A stretch of 64,000 nt of DNA from an uncultured Candidatus Saccharibacteria bacterium (GTDB lineage: Bacteria > Patescibacteriota > Minisyncoccia > Phycocordibacterales > DSPV01). The stretch spans positions 459,589-523,588 of the forward strand of contig CAZTXT010000001.1 of assembly GCA_964617735.1 (NCBI GenBank). The letters are read 5' to 3'. A program made the position numbers and the translations under genes. The notes beneath the pieces are model-generated. The model saw nothing but the letters and a program-made list of their open reading frames with translations. It made no database searches and was not told the DNA's origin. This document shows, in pieces, positions 56,425 through 64,000 of this stretch. Numbering within the stretch: the stretch's first letter is position 1; each line of letters begins with the position of its first letter.

Positions 56425-57813
56425 ATGCAACGTTCAGACATCGATTTCTCTAAGATACCGCCGCAAAACATAGAAGCAGAACAGGCTCTCCTCGGATCCA
56501 TCCTACTGCGACAAGATGTCCTCAACGATATCATCGACATCGTCTCCCCCGCTTCCTTTTATGCCGAAAAGCACCGCCTCATCTTTGAGACGATACTCGA
56601 ACTCTTTGGGAAAGGTGCTCCAATTGATCTTCTATCCTTGACGTCGCGTCTCGAAGAAAAGAAATTCCTCGAGCGGGTCGGCGGAGCCCACTATGTGGCG
56701 GAGCTTGCAGGCGCAGTCCCCTCCTCCATCAACGCCAAGCACTATGCCGAGCTCGTGCACAAGAAGGCGCTGATGCGCTCCCTCATCGAAGCCTCCGAGC
56801 ACATACGGACGTTGGGCTTCAACGAAGCCGCCGACATCGAAGAAGTCATCGATAGCGCCGAGAAGAAACTCTTCGATGTAACCAATGTCTCAGGCAAGCA
56901 CCGCTTCGTTGAACTCAAAGACATGCTCGGTGACGCGTGGGAGCGGATAGACCAGCTCCACAAATCGCGTGACGAGCTGCGTGGCGTTCCGACCGGATTC
57001 AAAGAACTAGATAGTCTCCTCGCAGGACTCCAGAAATCCGATCTGGTCATCCTCGCGGCACGACCCTCAATGGGAAAAACATCCCTTGCCCTCGACATCG
57101 CACGGCAAACAGCGGTACAACACAATGTCGCCGTCGGCATTTTCTCGCTCGAAATGAGCGCCCAGCAGCTCGTCGATCGCATGCTCGCGGCTCAATCGCA
57201 TGTGAACGCATGGGCCCTGCGCACCGGCCGAGTTACCGCCGGAACTGATTTCAACCGCATCCGCGACGCGCTCGATGTTCTGGCAAAAGCGCCGATCTAC
57301 ATAGATGACCAGCCTGGACAATCGATAATCAAAATGCGCTCCGTCGCGCGCAAGCTCAAGCGCGAGAAGAACATCGGTCTTCTCGTCGTCGATTACCTCC
57401 AACTGATGCTCACCGGCATGAAGAACGCCAATGATTCTTTTTATCAGCAGGTAACCGAGATCTCGCGCTCGCTCAAACAGCTCGCGCGCGAGCTCGAAAT
57501 TCCGGTTTTGGCGCTCTCCCAGCTCTCACGGGCGGTAGAGCAGCGCGGCGGCAAGCCACGACTCTCGGATCTTCGCGATTCCGGCTCGATCGAGCAAGAT
57601 GCCGATGTTGTCATGTTCATTCATCGCGAGGACAAATATAAAGAAGATTCGGATAAACCCAATATTGCCGAGATCATGGTGGAAAAACACCGCAACGGCC
57701 CGACGGGAAAGATCGAGTTGTACTTCGATGAAAAAAAGGCGACGTTCTTGAGCGTCGAAAAAAGCGACCTCCGCGATCTTGCACCCGTAGATGCTTCATC
57801 CGCGACAGGGTAA
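56425..57813 (+). CDS. dnaB: replicative DNA helicase
   Basis: Walker A 'ARPSMGKTSLAL', H2/H3/H4 motifs ('LVVVDYLQLM', 'SQLSR'). TGaTACAAT-N6-ATG. Confidence 0.9.
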   Translation: MQRSDIDFSKIPPQNIEAEQALLGSILLRQDVLNDIIDIVSPASFYAEKHRLIFETILELFGKGAPIDLLSLTSRLEEKKFLERVGGAHYVAELAGAVPSSINAKHYAELVHKKALMRSLIEASEHIRTLGFNEAADIEEVIDSAEKKLFDVTNVSGKHRFVELKDMLGDAWERIDQLHKSRDELRGVPTGFKELDSLLAGLQKSDLVILAARPSMGKTSLALDIARQTAVQHNVAVGIFSLEMSAQQLVDRMLAAQSHVNAWALRTGRVTAGTDFNRIRDALDVLAKAPIYIDDQPGQSIIKMRSVARKLKREKNIGLLVVDYLQLMLTGMKNANDSFYQQVTEISRSLKQLARELEIPVLALSQLSRAVEQRGGKPRLSDLRDSGSIEQDADVVMFIHREDKYKEDSDKPNIAEIMVEKHRNGPTGKIELYFDEKKATFLSVEKSDLRDLAPVDASSATG

Positions 57814-57816
57814 ACC

Positions 57817-58443
57817 ATGGACGACCCACTGTTGAGACTCATTGAAGAATTCTCACGGTTCCCTGGCGTAGGTCCACGACAGGCAAAACGTTTTGCTTAC
57901 TACCTTCTCACGCGAGACGAGAAAAAGCTGAAGACGCTCACTGAACTTCTCCACTCGGCGAAGAAAACCATACTTCCCTGTTCCGATTGCGGGCGGCTGT
58001 TCAGCAAAAGTAACACGACAAGATCATCTCGATGTTTAATTTGTACTGATGAAAGCCGAGACAAAACGCTTTTGATGGTTGTGAGCCACGACGTAGATGT
58101 GGATTCAGTCGAAAAAAGCGCTGGTTACCGCGGCTACTATTTCGTGCTCGGCGGAACCATACCGATCCTTGAAGAAAAACCGGATGAGCGTGTGCGTCTT
58201 TCAGGGTTGAAAACACAGATCGCAAAGCGGACCAGCGCAGGTCTCTCCGAGATAATCCTTGCTCTCGACCTCAACCCTGAAGGCGAACACACCATGGGGT
58301 ACCTATCTAAATTTCTGACATCGCTGGTGAAAAATATAAAAGTGACGGTACTCGGCCGAGGCCTCTCTACAGGCACCGAGCTCCAGTACTCCGATCCAGA
58401 GACCATACAAAACGCGCTCTCAAACAGAGCGCTGGTAAAATAA
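57817..58443 (+). CDS. recR: recombination protein RecR
   Basis: HhH N-terminus, C4 zinc finger 'CSDCGRL...CLIC', Toprim domain. Confidence 0.9.
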   Translation: MDDPLLRLIEEFSRFPGVGPRQAKRFAYYLLTRDEKKLKTLTELLHSAKKTILPCSDCGRLFSKSNTTRSSRCLICTDESRDKTLLMVVSHDVDVDSVEKSAGYRGYYFVLGGTIPILEEKPDERVRLSGLKTQIAKRTSAGLSEIILALDLNPEGEHTMGYLSKFLTSLVKNIKVTVLGRGLSTGTELQYSDPETIQNALSNRALVK

Positions 58444-58833
58444 AATCCCGCTTACACGCAGACACCGTATAAAGCGGGATTTCTTGTTAAGCAAACTTCA
58501 GGAGGTCTATCAACAATGGTAAACGAATACTTGGCCTAACCTGACATTTGAGCCAAGCAACTAGACCGTGACGACGTCTGGAAGAGCTGAGTCGCCGTTT
58601 TCGCCTTGCCCTAAAGATCCCAAATGGCCGGCCGAACCTTTCTTCTAGGGGGCAGTTCTATGCGTCTGAAACCACCTATGCGATACCTCCAGTATTCTTA
58701 TCAGAGTTGCGGTGGAGTTTCCACTTGACACACCAGTGGATTATATGGTAACATACGCTTAGAACGCATGGGCTTCAGAATACCTGGAACCCTATTGAAA
58801 TAACAAAAAACCCAGAAAACGAAAGGAAAAATA

Positions 58834-60384
58834 GTGAAAAAGACAACCTTCTCTCTGCTCCTCCTAGCATCGCTCTCTATAACTCGTGCGGATGTTACGG
58901 TGACCGTTGCCTCAACGGGAACGCCGATGGATGCGTTAATCAACGCGCCGCGTCAGGAATTGGCCGCATTCAGCGTCTCGGTGACGCGAAAGCCGGTCAT
59001 TATCCAAGCGGCGGTGTTCCACTTAGGAACACCGCATCCGATAACGAACCTCGAGCTCTATGAGGGTACGAACCTTCTCTCCGGTCCTTTTGACTCGGTG
59101 CCCGACGGGACAAACACCGCAGTCAAATTCACCGATGCCATATCGGCATCGGTCGGTACTCATATCTACCATTTGAAAGGACGTTTAACGTCCTATTTCG
59201 CGCCAGGAGAGATGTTTGCCGCTAAGACCACGCCGCCTTCCGACTGGAAAGCAAGCTTCGGTCCGCGGGATAAAACCACGGTCAAACTGTATCCGGCCCA
59301 GCCGGTTTACGGACAAACTACGACGGCGATCGTCGGCTCCTTATCAGTATCGACTGATCCTACATCCCCCTCGTATTCCCTGGTAACACCGGGCGTAAAT
59401 GTGGTAATGGGGGTCTACAAGATCCGCGCGGTCGCGGAGGCGATCCGGATTGACACTCTCGGATTGTCGTTGAGCACAGGGGCGTATTCCGGCGACATTC
59501 AGTCGGTTACACTCTGGGACGGAAACGTACTGCTTGGCAATGCACTGTTCACCGGAGGAAGTCAAAATACGGTGGTGGTTCTTCAAACTCCACTCTATAT
59601 TTCGGTTGATACCGACAGAGCACTCGTCGTACGCGCAAACCTATCCCCTATTGGGGTAGGACTGCCGGGCCGATCCGGTGATGATATTCGGATCGACTTC
59701 GATTCTGCAAACCTGCAGAATACGGTCGCGCAAGGTCTGATCACCGGCGCAAACACACCGGTCTCCGGCTCCACGTCAGTTGCCGCAAAACGCTTGGTCA
59801 AATCATTCCCGACTGTGGCTCAAATCCCGCTTCCTATGGCGGGAGTCGACTCCGATGGTAGGCTCATCGCTTTCTCGGTTCACGCCGATGCAGCGGGGCC
59901 GATCGGAATCGGCAAGATGAGCTTCGCGATGCTTGCATCAGGCGTCGGAATGGTGACAGGAGCGGTGTATGGTTACACCGATTCAGCACTCTCCCAGCCT
60001 ATCCCGGGCTTCGCGCCAGACGGGCTTTTGGCTCCCGCAGAGCTGGTAAACCCGTACGAGGGGCAGAGCAACCGCGCGGAGTTCCGCCTGGAAGTGAACG
60101 GCGTGCCAACGATACTTGAGATACCGGCAGGCCAGACGAGGTACTTCCTCGTCCGAGGCGGCTTTAGCTCAAAGAATAACGCGTACATCACCACATACCT
60201 TCTGACCGAAGAAGGAAGCACTCCGATAGCGACGTTCCTCGATCTGGATCAGTTCCCCTTCGGGTTCTTCATGTGGACCCCGAATTCATATGGCATCAGC
60301 GGATACGCCGAAACCGATTGGCTCAATAGCTTCGGCGTCGAAGGTATGGCGCCCAATGGCCTAAGCCAGACACGTACTAATTAG
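58834..60384 (+). CDS. large secreted protein of unknown function (516 aa, beta-rich)
   Basis: Signal peptide 'MKKTTFSLLLLASLSITRA'. Canonical promoter TTGACA-18-TAACAT at ~58727-58756 and SD 'gaaagga'. Double-hairpin terminator at 60388-60450. Confidence 0.6.
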   Translation: MKKTTFSLLLLASLSITRADVTVTVASTGTPMDALINAPRQELAAFSVSVTRKPVIIQAAVFHLGTPHPITNLELYEGTNLLSGPFDSVPDGTNTAVKFTDAISASVGTHIYHLKGRLTSYFAPGEMFAAKTTPPSDWKASFGPRDKTTVKLYPAQPVYGQTTTAIVGSLSVSTDPTSPSYSLVTPGVNVVMGVYKIRAVAEAIRIDTLGLSLSTGAYSGDIQSVTLWDGNVLLGNALFTGGSQNTVVVLQTPLYISVDTDRALVVRANLSPIGVGLPGRSGDDIRIDFDSANLQNTVAQGLITGANTPVSGSTSVAAKRLVKSFPTVAQIPLPMAGVDSDGRLIAFSVHADAAGPIGIGKMSFAMLASGVGMVTGAVYGYTDSALSQPIPGFAPDGLLAPAELVNPYEGQSNRAEFRLEVNGVPTILEIPAGQTRYFLVRGGFSSKNNAYITTYLLTEEGSTPIATFLDLDQFPFGFFMWTPNSYGISGYAETDWLNSFGVEGMAPNGLSQTRTN

Positions 60385-60442
60385 TTCTTCCTCGGCGTTG
60401 CCGAGACGCAAAATCGCGAGGTTTTAAAGCCTCGCGATTTTT

Positions 60443-60811
60443 TTATTTGATAGATTCTATCTTTACCAAAAAATAAGGCTGGCGATGGCCGCGGCGGATG
60501 AAATAACGGCTCTTCTGTTTGTATTTGATCACCTCGACTTTTCTGTCCCGCCACGACTTCTCCAACACTCCGGTGACTTTTGCGCCTGAAATATAGGGGG
60601 TGCCGACTGTCGTGTCCTGGCCGTTGTCTACGACAAGTACTTTATCAAAGGTCAGTGTATCCCCTTCCTTGTGCTCCCCTGCGAGTTTCTCGATTTTAAC
60701 AGTCTGTCCGGCCGAAACGACATACTGCTTGCCGCCGGTCGTGATAACGGCGAATTCAGACGTCTCTCGGGCGTTTTGTGTTTTGGTTGTTTTTTTCGCT
60801 TCTGCCATCAT
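60443..60811 (-). CDS. rplU: 50S ribosomal protein L21
   Basis: 'FAVITTGGKQYVVSAGQTVKIEKL...VLVV' matches L21, with a short N-terminal extension. Confidence 0.85.
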   Translation of the reverse strand: MMAEAKKTTKTQNARETSEFAVITTGGKQYVVSAGQTVKIEKLAGEHKEGDTLTFDKVLVVDNGQDTTVGTPYISGAKVTGVLEKSWRDRKVEVIKYKQKSRYFIRRGHRQPYFLVKIESIK

Positions 60812-60924
60812 AGTGAGTGAATCTACATTTTACACAAAAAAGATGGCTGCGCAAGGTGCGCACAGTTAAGTACCTATTAACTTACTTATTAGAAGTGTTC
60901 CGAGAGGAGCACTTTTAACTCAAT

Positions 60925-61974
60925 TTATTCTCGTTCAGGACCAATGACTACAACCGGCTCGATCCCAATCCGTTCACCCGTGATACGGTATACATCTTTG
61001 TCGATCTTACCAAATTCCTTGTATGCCGCCGTATAATGATTGGCAGCGGTCTGAAGTGTATTCCCAAGCTTTTTCATATATTCGTCATACGCCCCGAGAT
61101 GCTTATCAAGCTCTGTTACACGCTTTTGTATTTCTTTTGCTTGTTCTTCTATCTGAAGGGATTTAAGACCTTGGAGGACAGTTTGAAGGTAGGCTAAAAA
61201 CGAAGTCGGAGAAACGATGATGACTTTCTTCCCGAACGCGTACTCAATCAAATCACGAGTCGATGTCTTCACTGCGCCAACCTGGTTAATCAGAAGATCG
61301 TAGTAGATACCCTCTGACGGGATGAACATAAACGCAAACTCCGTCGTTCCTTCCTCCGGACGAACATATTTAGCGGTTTCATCAATACGAAGTTTCAGAT
61401 CCTGCTTGAATACTTTTTCCAATCGTTCTTTTTCCGCTAAGTCTCGTGTTTCTAAGATGCGATTGTAATTATCTAGCGAGAATTTTGAGTCAATTGGAAT
61501 CACACGGTCACGGATTTTGACTACAGCATCAACAATCTCTCCGTTTGGAAAGGGGTACTGAATCTGGTATGTACCGGGTGGAAGAACATTCTTGAGAACA
61601 GTCTCGAGATAATACTCTCCTAATACACCGCGCTGCTTAGGATTCTTAAGAATGTCCTGGAGGTTCTGCAACTGATCTGCGAACGAGACAACTTGTTTGT
61701 TCGTCTCATCAAGTCTCGTAAGTCGCTCCGTAACATCCTTAACCAAACGATAGGACTCATGCATTTGACCCTGTACGCTTTCATGCATTGTCTTAGTGGA
61801 ACGCTCTAATCTATCCCCCATCGTACGGCTCAATTCAGCAATTTGTTGCTGAAGCATAGTTAGGCCTTGCGCAGAAGCTTCTCCATTCTGTGCGGGTTTA
61901 CGGGATACGAGAAAAATAATTACAACAAGTAATCCAACAGCGACAACACTAAATATACCAATGATATTCATCAT
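60925..61974 (-). CDS. rmuC: DNA recombination protein RmuC
   Basis: N-terminal TM, coiled coil, and the RmuC domain ('EFAFMFIPSEGIYYD', 'VIIVSPTSFLAYLQ'). Confidence 0.8.
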   Translation of the reverse strand: MMNIIGIFSVVAVGLLVVIIFLVSRKPAQNGEASAQGLTMLQQQIAELSRTMGDRLERSTKTMHESVQGQMHESYRLVKDVTERLTRLDETNKQVVSFADQLQNLQDILKNPKQRGVLGEYYLETVLKNVLPPGTYQIQYPFPNGEIVDAVVKIRDRVIPIDSKFSLDNYNRILETRDLAEKERLEKVFKQDLKLRIDETAKYVRPEEGTTEFAFMFIPSEGIYYDLLINQVGAVKTSTRDLIEYAFGKKVIIVSPTSFLAYLQTVLQGLKSLQIEEQAKEIQKRVTELDKHLGAYDEYMKKLGNTLQTAANHYTAAYKEFGKIDKDVYRITGERIGIEPVVVIGPERE

Positions 61975-62236
61975 GGTTTACAAACCAAACCAGAAAGTTT
62001 GGTGATTCTTAATTTTTAATAACCGCCGGTTACCTGTCTTCAGTTCGCCTCCAAGTCAAGCGGCTAAGCTCATTTCTCATCCTCTGGATGCGAGCTTCGT
62101 CGAGAGATGTATAGAAGCCTGTCGAAACAGGTGTATCCAGTATATCCGTCACCGCAACCCTGTCAATACACCCGCACAACTTGAGTACGTGTTCAGGACA
62201 CGATAGAATCACGCCATACAAACTTAATCTCGATTC

Positions 62237-62692
62237 ATGTCTATACACACAGATTTACGAGCGAAGATAAAAGACGCGATGAAGGCCAAGGATGCGGTCC
62301 GTCTTGGCGTCGTTCGCGGGCTAGTCGCCGCATTCGTTAATGAGCTGGTGGCTAAAAACAGAAAGCCTGACGGCCAACTGACTGACGAGGAGGCGCTTGC
62401 GGTCATTCGCCGCAACGTCAAACAGCGAAAAGATTCCATCGAGCAATTCCAGAAAGGCGACAGACAGGATCTCGTTGATTCAGAAATGGCCGAATTGAAG
62501 ATACTTGAGACTTATCTCCCTGCGCAAATAAGTGAAGCAGAGATAAAAAAGGTGGTCAGTGCGAAACAGCAGGAGCTTGGCATCATGGAGAAAACTAAGT
62601 CAGGACAACTGATGTCGGCAGTCATGAAAGAGCTTAAAGGAAAAGCCGACGGCAACGAAGTCAAAAAAGCGGTTGAGGCTGTTTTGAAATAA
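62237..62692 (+). CDS. GatB/YqeY domain protein
   Basis: 'LRAKIKDAMKAKD', 'ILETYLP' and C-terminal 'KSGQLMSAVMKELKGKADG' match the YqeY family. Terminator at 62693-62732. Confidence 0.8.
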   Translation: MSIHTDLRAKIKDAMKAKDAVRLGVVRGLVAAFVNELVAKNRKPDGQLTDEEALAVIRRNVKQRKDSIEQFQKGDRQDLVDSEMAELKILETYLPAQISEAEIKKVVSAKQQELGIMEKTKSGQLMSAVMKELKGKADGNEVKKAVEAVLK

Positions 62693-63019
62693 AAAACGGG
62701 TCCCCACGCTTGTGAGGACCCGTCTTGGGTACATCGCCCGATCATCCCGTCACACAATAGAGATCGCGGTGAGGAAATACAGGCGGTGGAGGCATCGTCA
62801 GAACGATTTGCTGCTGTTCTTGCCTTCTCAAATGAGCGACAAAATCGTCATTGAGCGCTTCTTGATGAATCTCCACTTCAGTGGAGGCATCGTCGGGTAT
62901 GGTTTGTTTTTCCATAAAGAACTAAGGGGATACATACTATCGAAAGAACGAACTTTGTCAAACCAAGCATGGTCTTTCTTGACTAGGCAATAAGTATAGG
63001 GTATATTCATGAACGGCTT

Positions 63020-63214
63020 ATGAATCCCAGACCTTTCACCCCTCGGGAACTGGAGATCCTCCAGCTCTCGAAGAAATTGCACGAGAAATTCGCGAAAGCG
63101 AATACTCCTCAAAAGCAACGCGAGGTCCTCCTAGAATGGAACCAAGCCTTCGGGGAGGATCCGGGCAAAGCAAGTTTGCGCTATATTGCCTACGAGACAA
63201 TTAGGCGCAACTAG
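63020..63214 (+). CDS. hypothetical small protein (64 aa)
   Basis: Promoter TTGACT-17-TATATT at ~62975-63003. Terminator acgggccacc-aaa-tggtggtccg + TTTTT at 63233-63262. Confidence 0.45.
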   Translation: MNPRPFTPRELEILQLSKKLHEKFAKANTPQKQREVLLEWNQAFGEDPGKASLRYIAYETIRRN

Positions 63215-63592
63215 TAATAGTGAACGTACATCAACGGGCCACCAAATGGTGGTCCGTTTTTCTCTTCACAGAAAAACTTGCAAGGATTCTTCAGTTACGC
63301 TATAAATTACAGTTGGTACGGCGCCATTGGGATGGCGCAATCGCTGTTCTTGAACCAACTTCCATACACCTATGCTTCACAGTAGTACTGCAGGCCGCGG
63401 TACATTCAGTACCGCCTTCTCATCGCACCTCATGTCAAAATCAGATTGGGGAAACAGTGGTGTAACCTTCTTCCCCCAAACACCGCAGAGCAGGAAACGC
63501 CGAATCAGAAGATCATTTCGGCCCGATACGAGAAAAATGCCGCCTCCTATGATACGGTAGCAGTCTGAAGCAGTTGAGCGCCCTCCGAACCT

Positions 63593-64000
63593 TTAGTTCG
63601 TCGGGCGCTTTCTTTTAAAATCTGTTTCGAGCACAAAACGGTATCGCCGTTTCGACCAGATGGGGCCTGCATAGGCGACCCCGATGCGAGGAGTGCGGCG
63701 CACACTGTGGCTTGAGATCTTTTTACCTCGCTCAAACCACAGTCCCGTCGTGCTGTTCGCAGGTTTTCCATTGAGCAGTCCGGTGATGCGCAATCCTTTT
63801 GTCAGAGTTCCAGGGCCGTGATATTCCTCTATCCCGCGAATGAGAACCGCCGCCGGATGTCCCAGGCGTCCGGTTACTATATTGAGCATCCAGTGCATAC
63901 CGTAGACGAAATAAACATACCAGACGCCGGGCTTGCCGAACATAACGGCATTGCGTGCGGTCTTGCCGCGTGCGGCATGGGACGCTAAGTCGCGTGGACC
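63593..64000 (-). CDS. DNA-3-methyladenine glycosylase (AAG/Mpg family), 5' end beyond the window
   Basis: 'NAVMFGKPGVWYVYFVYGMHWMLNIV' is the Mpg signature. The reading frame stays open to the window edge, so the N-terminus is missing. Confidence 0.75.
   Translation of the reverse strand, partial: GPRDLASHAARGKTARNAVMFGKPGVWYVYFVYGMHWMLNIVTGRLGHPAAVLIRGIEEYHGPGTLTKGLRITGLLNGKPANSTTGLWFERGKKISSHSVRRTPRIGVAYAGPIWSKRRYRFVLETDFKRKRPTN

Overview
This 64-kb window looks like a compact, mostly housekeeping chromosomal segment from a small-genome bacterium. The gene content (DUF5671 membrane protein, sigma-70 region-4/HARE-HTH protein, short AlaRS, DUF4396 and DUF378 proteins) is consistent with a Patescibacteria/CPR-type lineage, but that is inference from content only.

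Coding density is high. Annotated genes include:
- ddl, an ABC-2 exporter pair, zwf-pgl, ychF, leuS, mltG, mnmA and alaS.
- The infA-rpmJ-rpsM-rpsK-rpsD-rpoA-rplQ block, rplM-rpsI, grpE-dnaK-dnaJ, plsC, trpS and scpAB.
- A dcw fragment (D-Ala-D-Ala carboxypeptidase-mraY-ftsW-murG), gltX, an M23 peptidase, rpmA, rplI, an S41 protease, cysS, dnaB, recR, rplU, rmuC, and a partial 3-methyladenine glycosylase gene at the right edge.

Six tRNA genes were found by hand-folding: Ala-TGC, Ala-CGC, Pro-CGG, Val-CAC, Ala-GGC and Pro-GGG. All three Ala isoacceptors carry G3:U70.

No rRNA, CRISPR array, transposase, integrase or reverse transcriptase is visible. There are many strong Rho-independent terminators, often bidirectional.

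The most interesting signals are:
- A recurrent '-10 hexamer, 6 nt, start codon' architecture on at least 8 housekeeping genes, which implies leaderless mRNAs. Accessory/hypothetical genes, by contrast, carry strong Shine-Dalgarno sequences.
- A minus-strand attenuator-like element at 40.4-40.85 kb, with promoter, hairpin, pseudoknotted terminator and a small ORF.
- A roughly 480-nt intergenic region of perfect hairpins between rpsI and grpE, which may be a structured RNA.
- An SD-less repeat/terminator locus at 10.5-11.2 kb containing a 48-aa hydrophobic peptide gene with its own promoter and terminator, plus a possible antisense promoter.
- A small nuclease islet: an ATP-cone/Mrr-type nuclease fusion, a 4-Cys RecB/Cas4-like nuclease translationally overlapped with a stand-alone MGMT-domain gene, and a MazG-like gene.
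- An antisense 152-aa gene inserted between dnaK and dnaJ.
- Two co-linear unknown proteins occupying the position upstream of infA that secY-adk-map usually holds.
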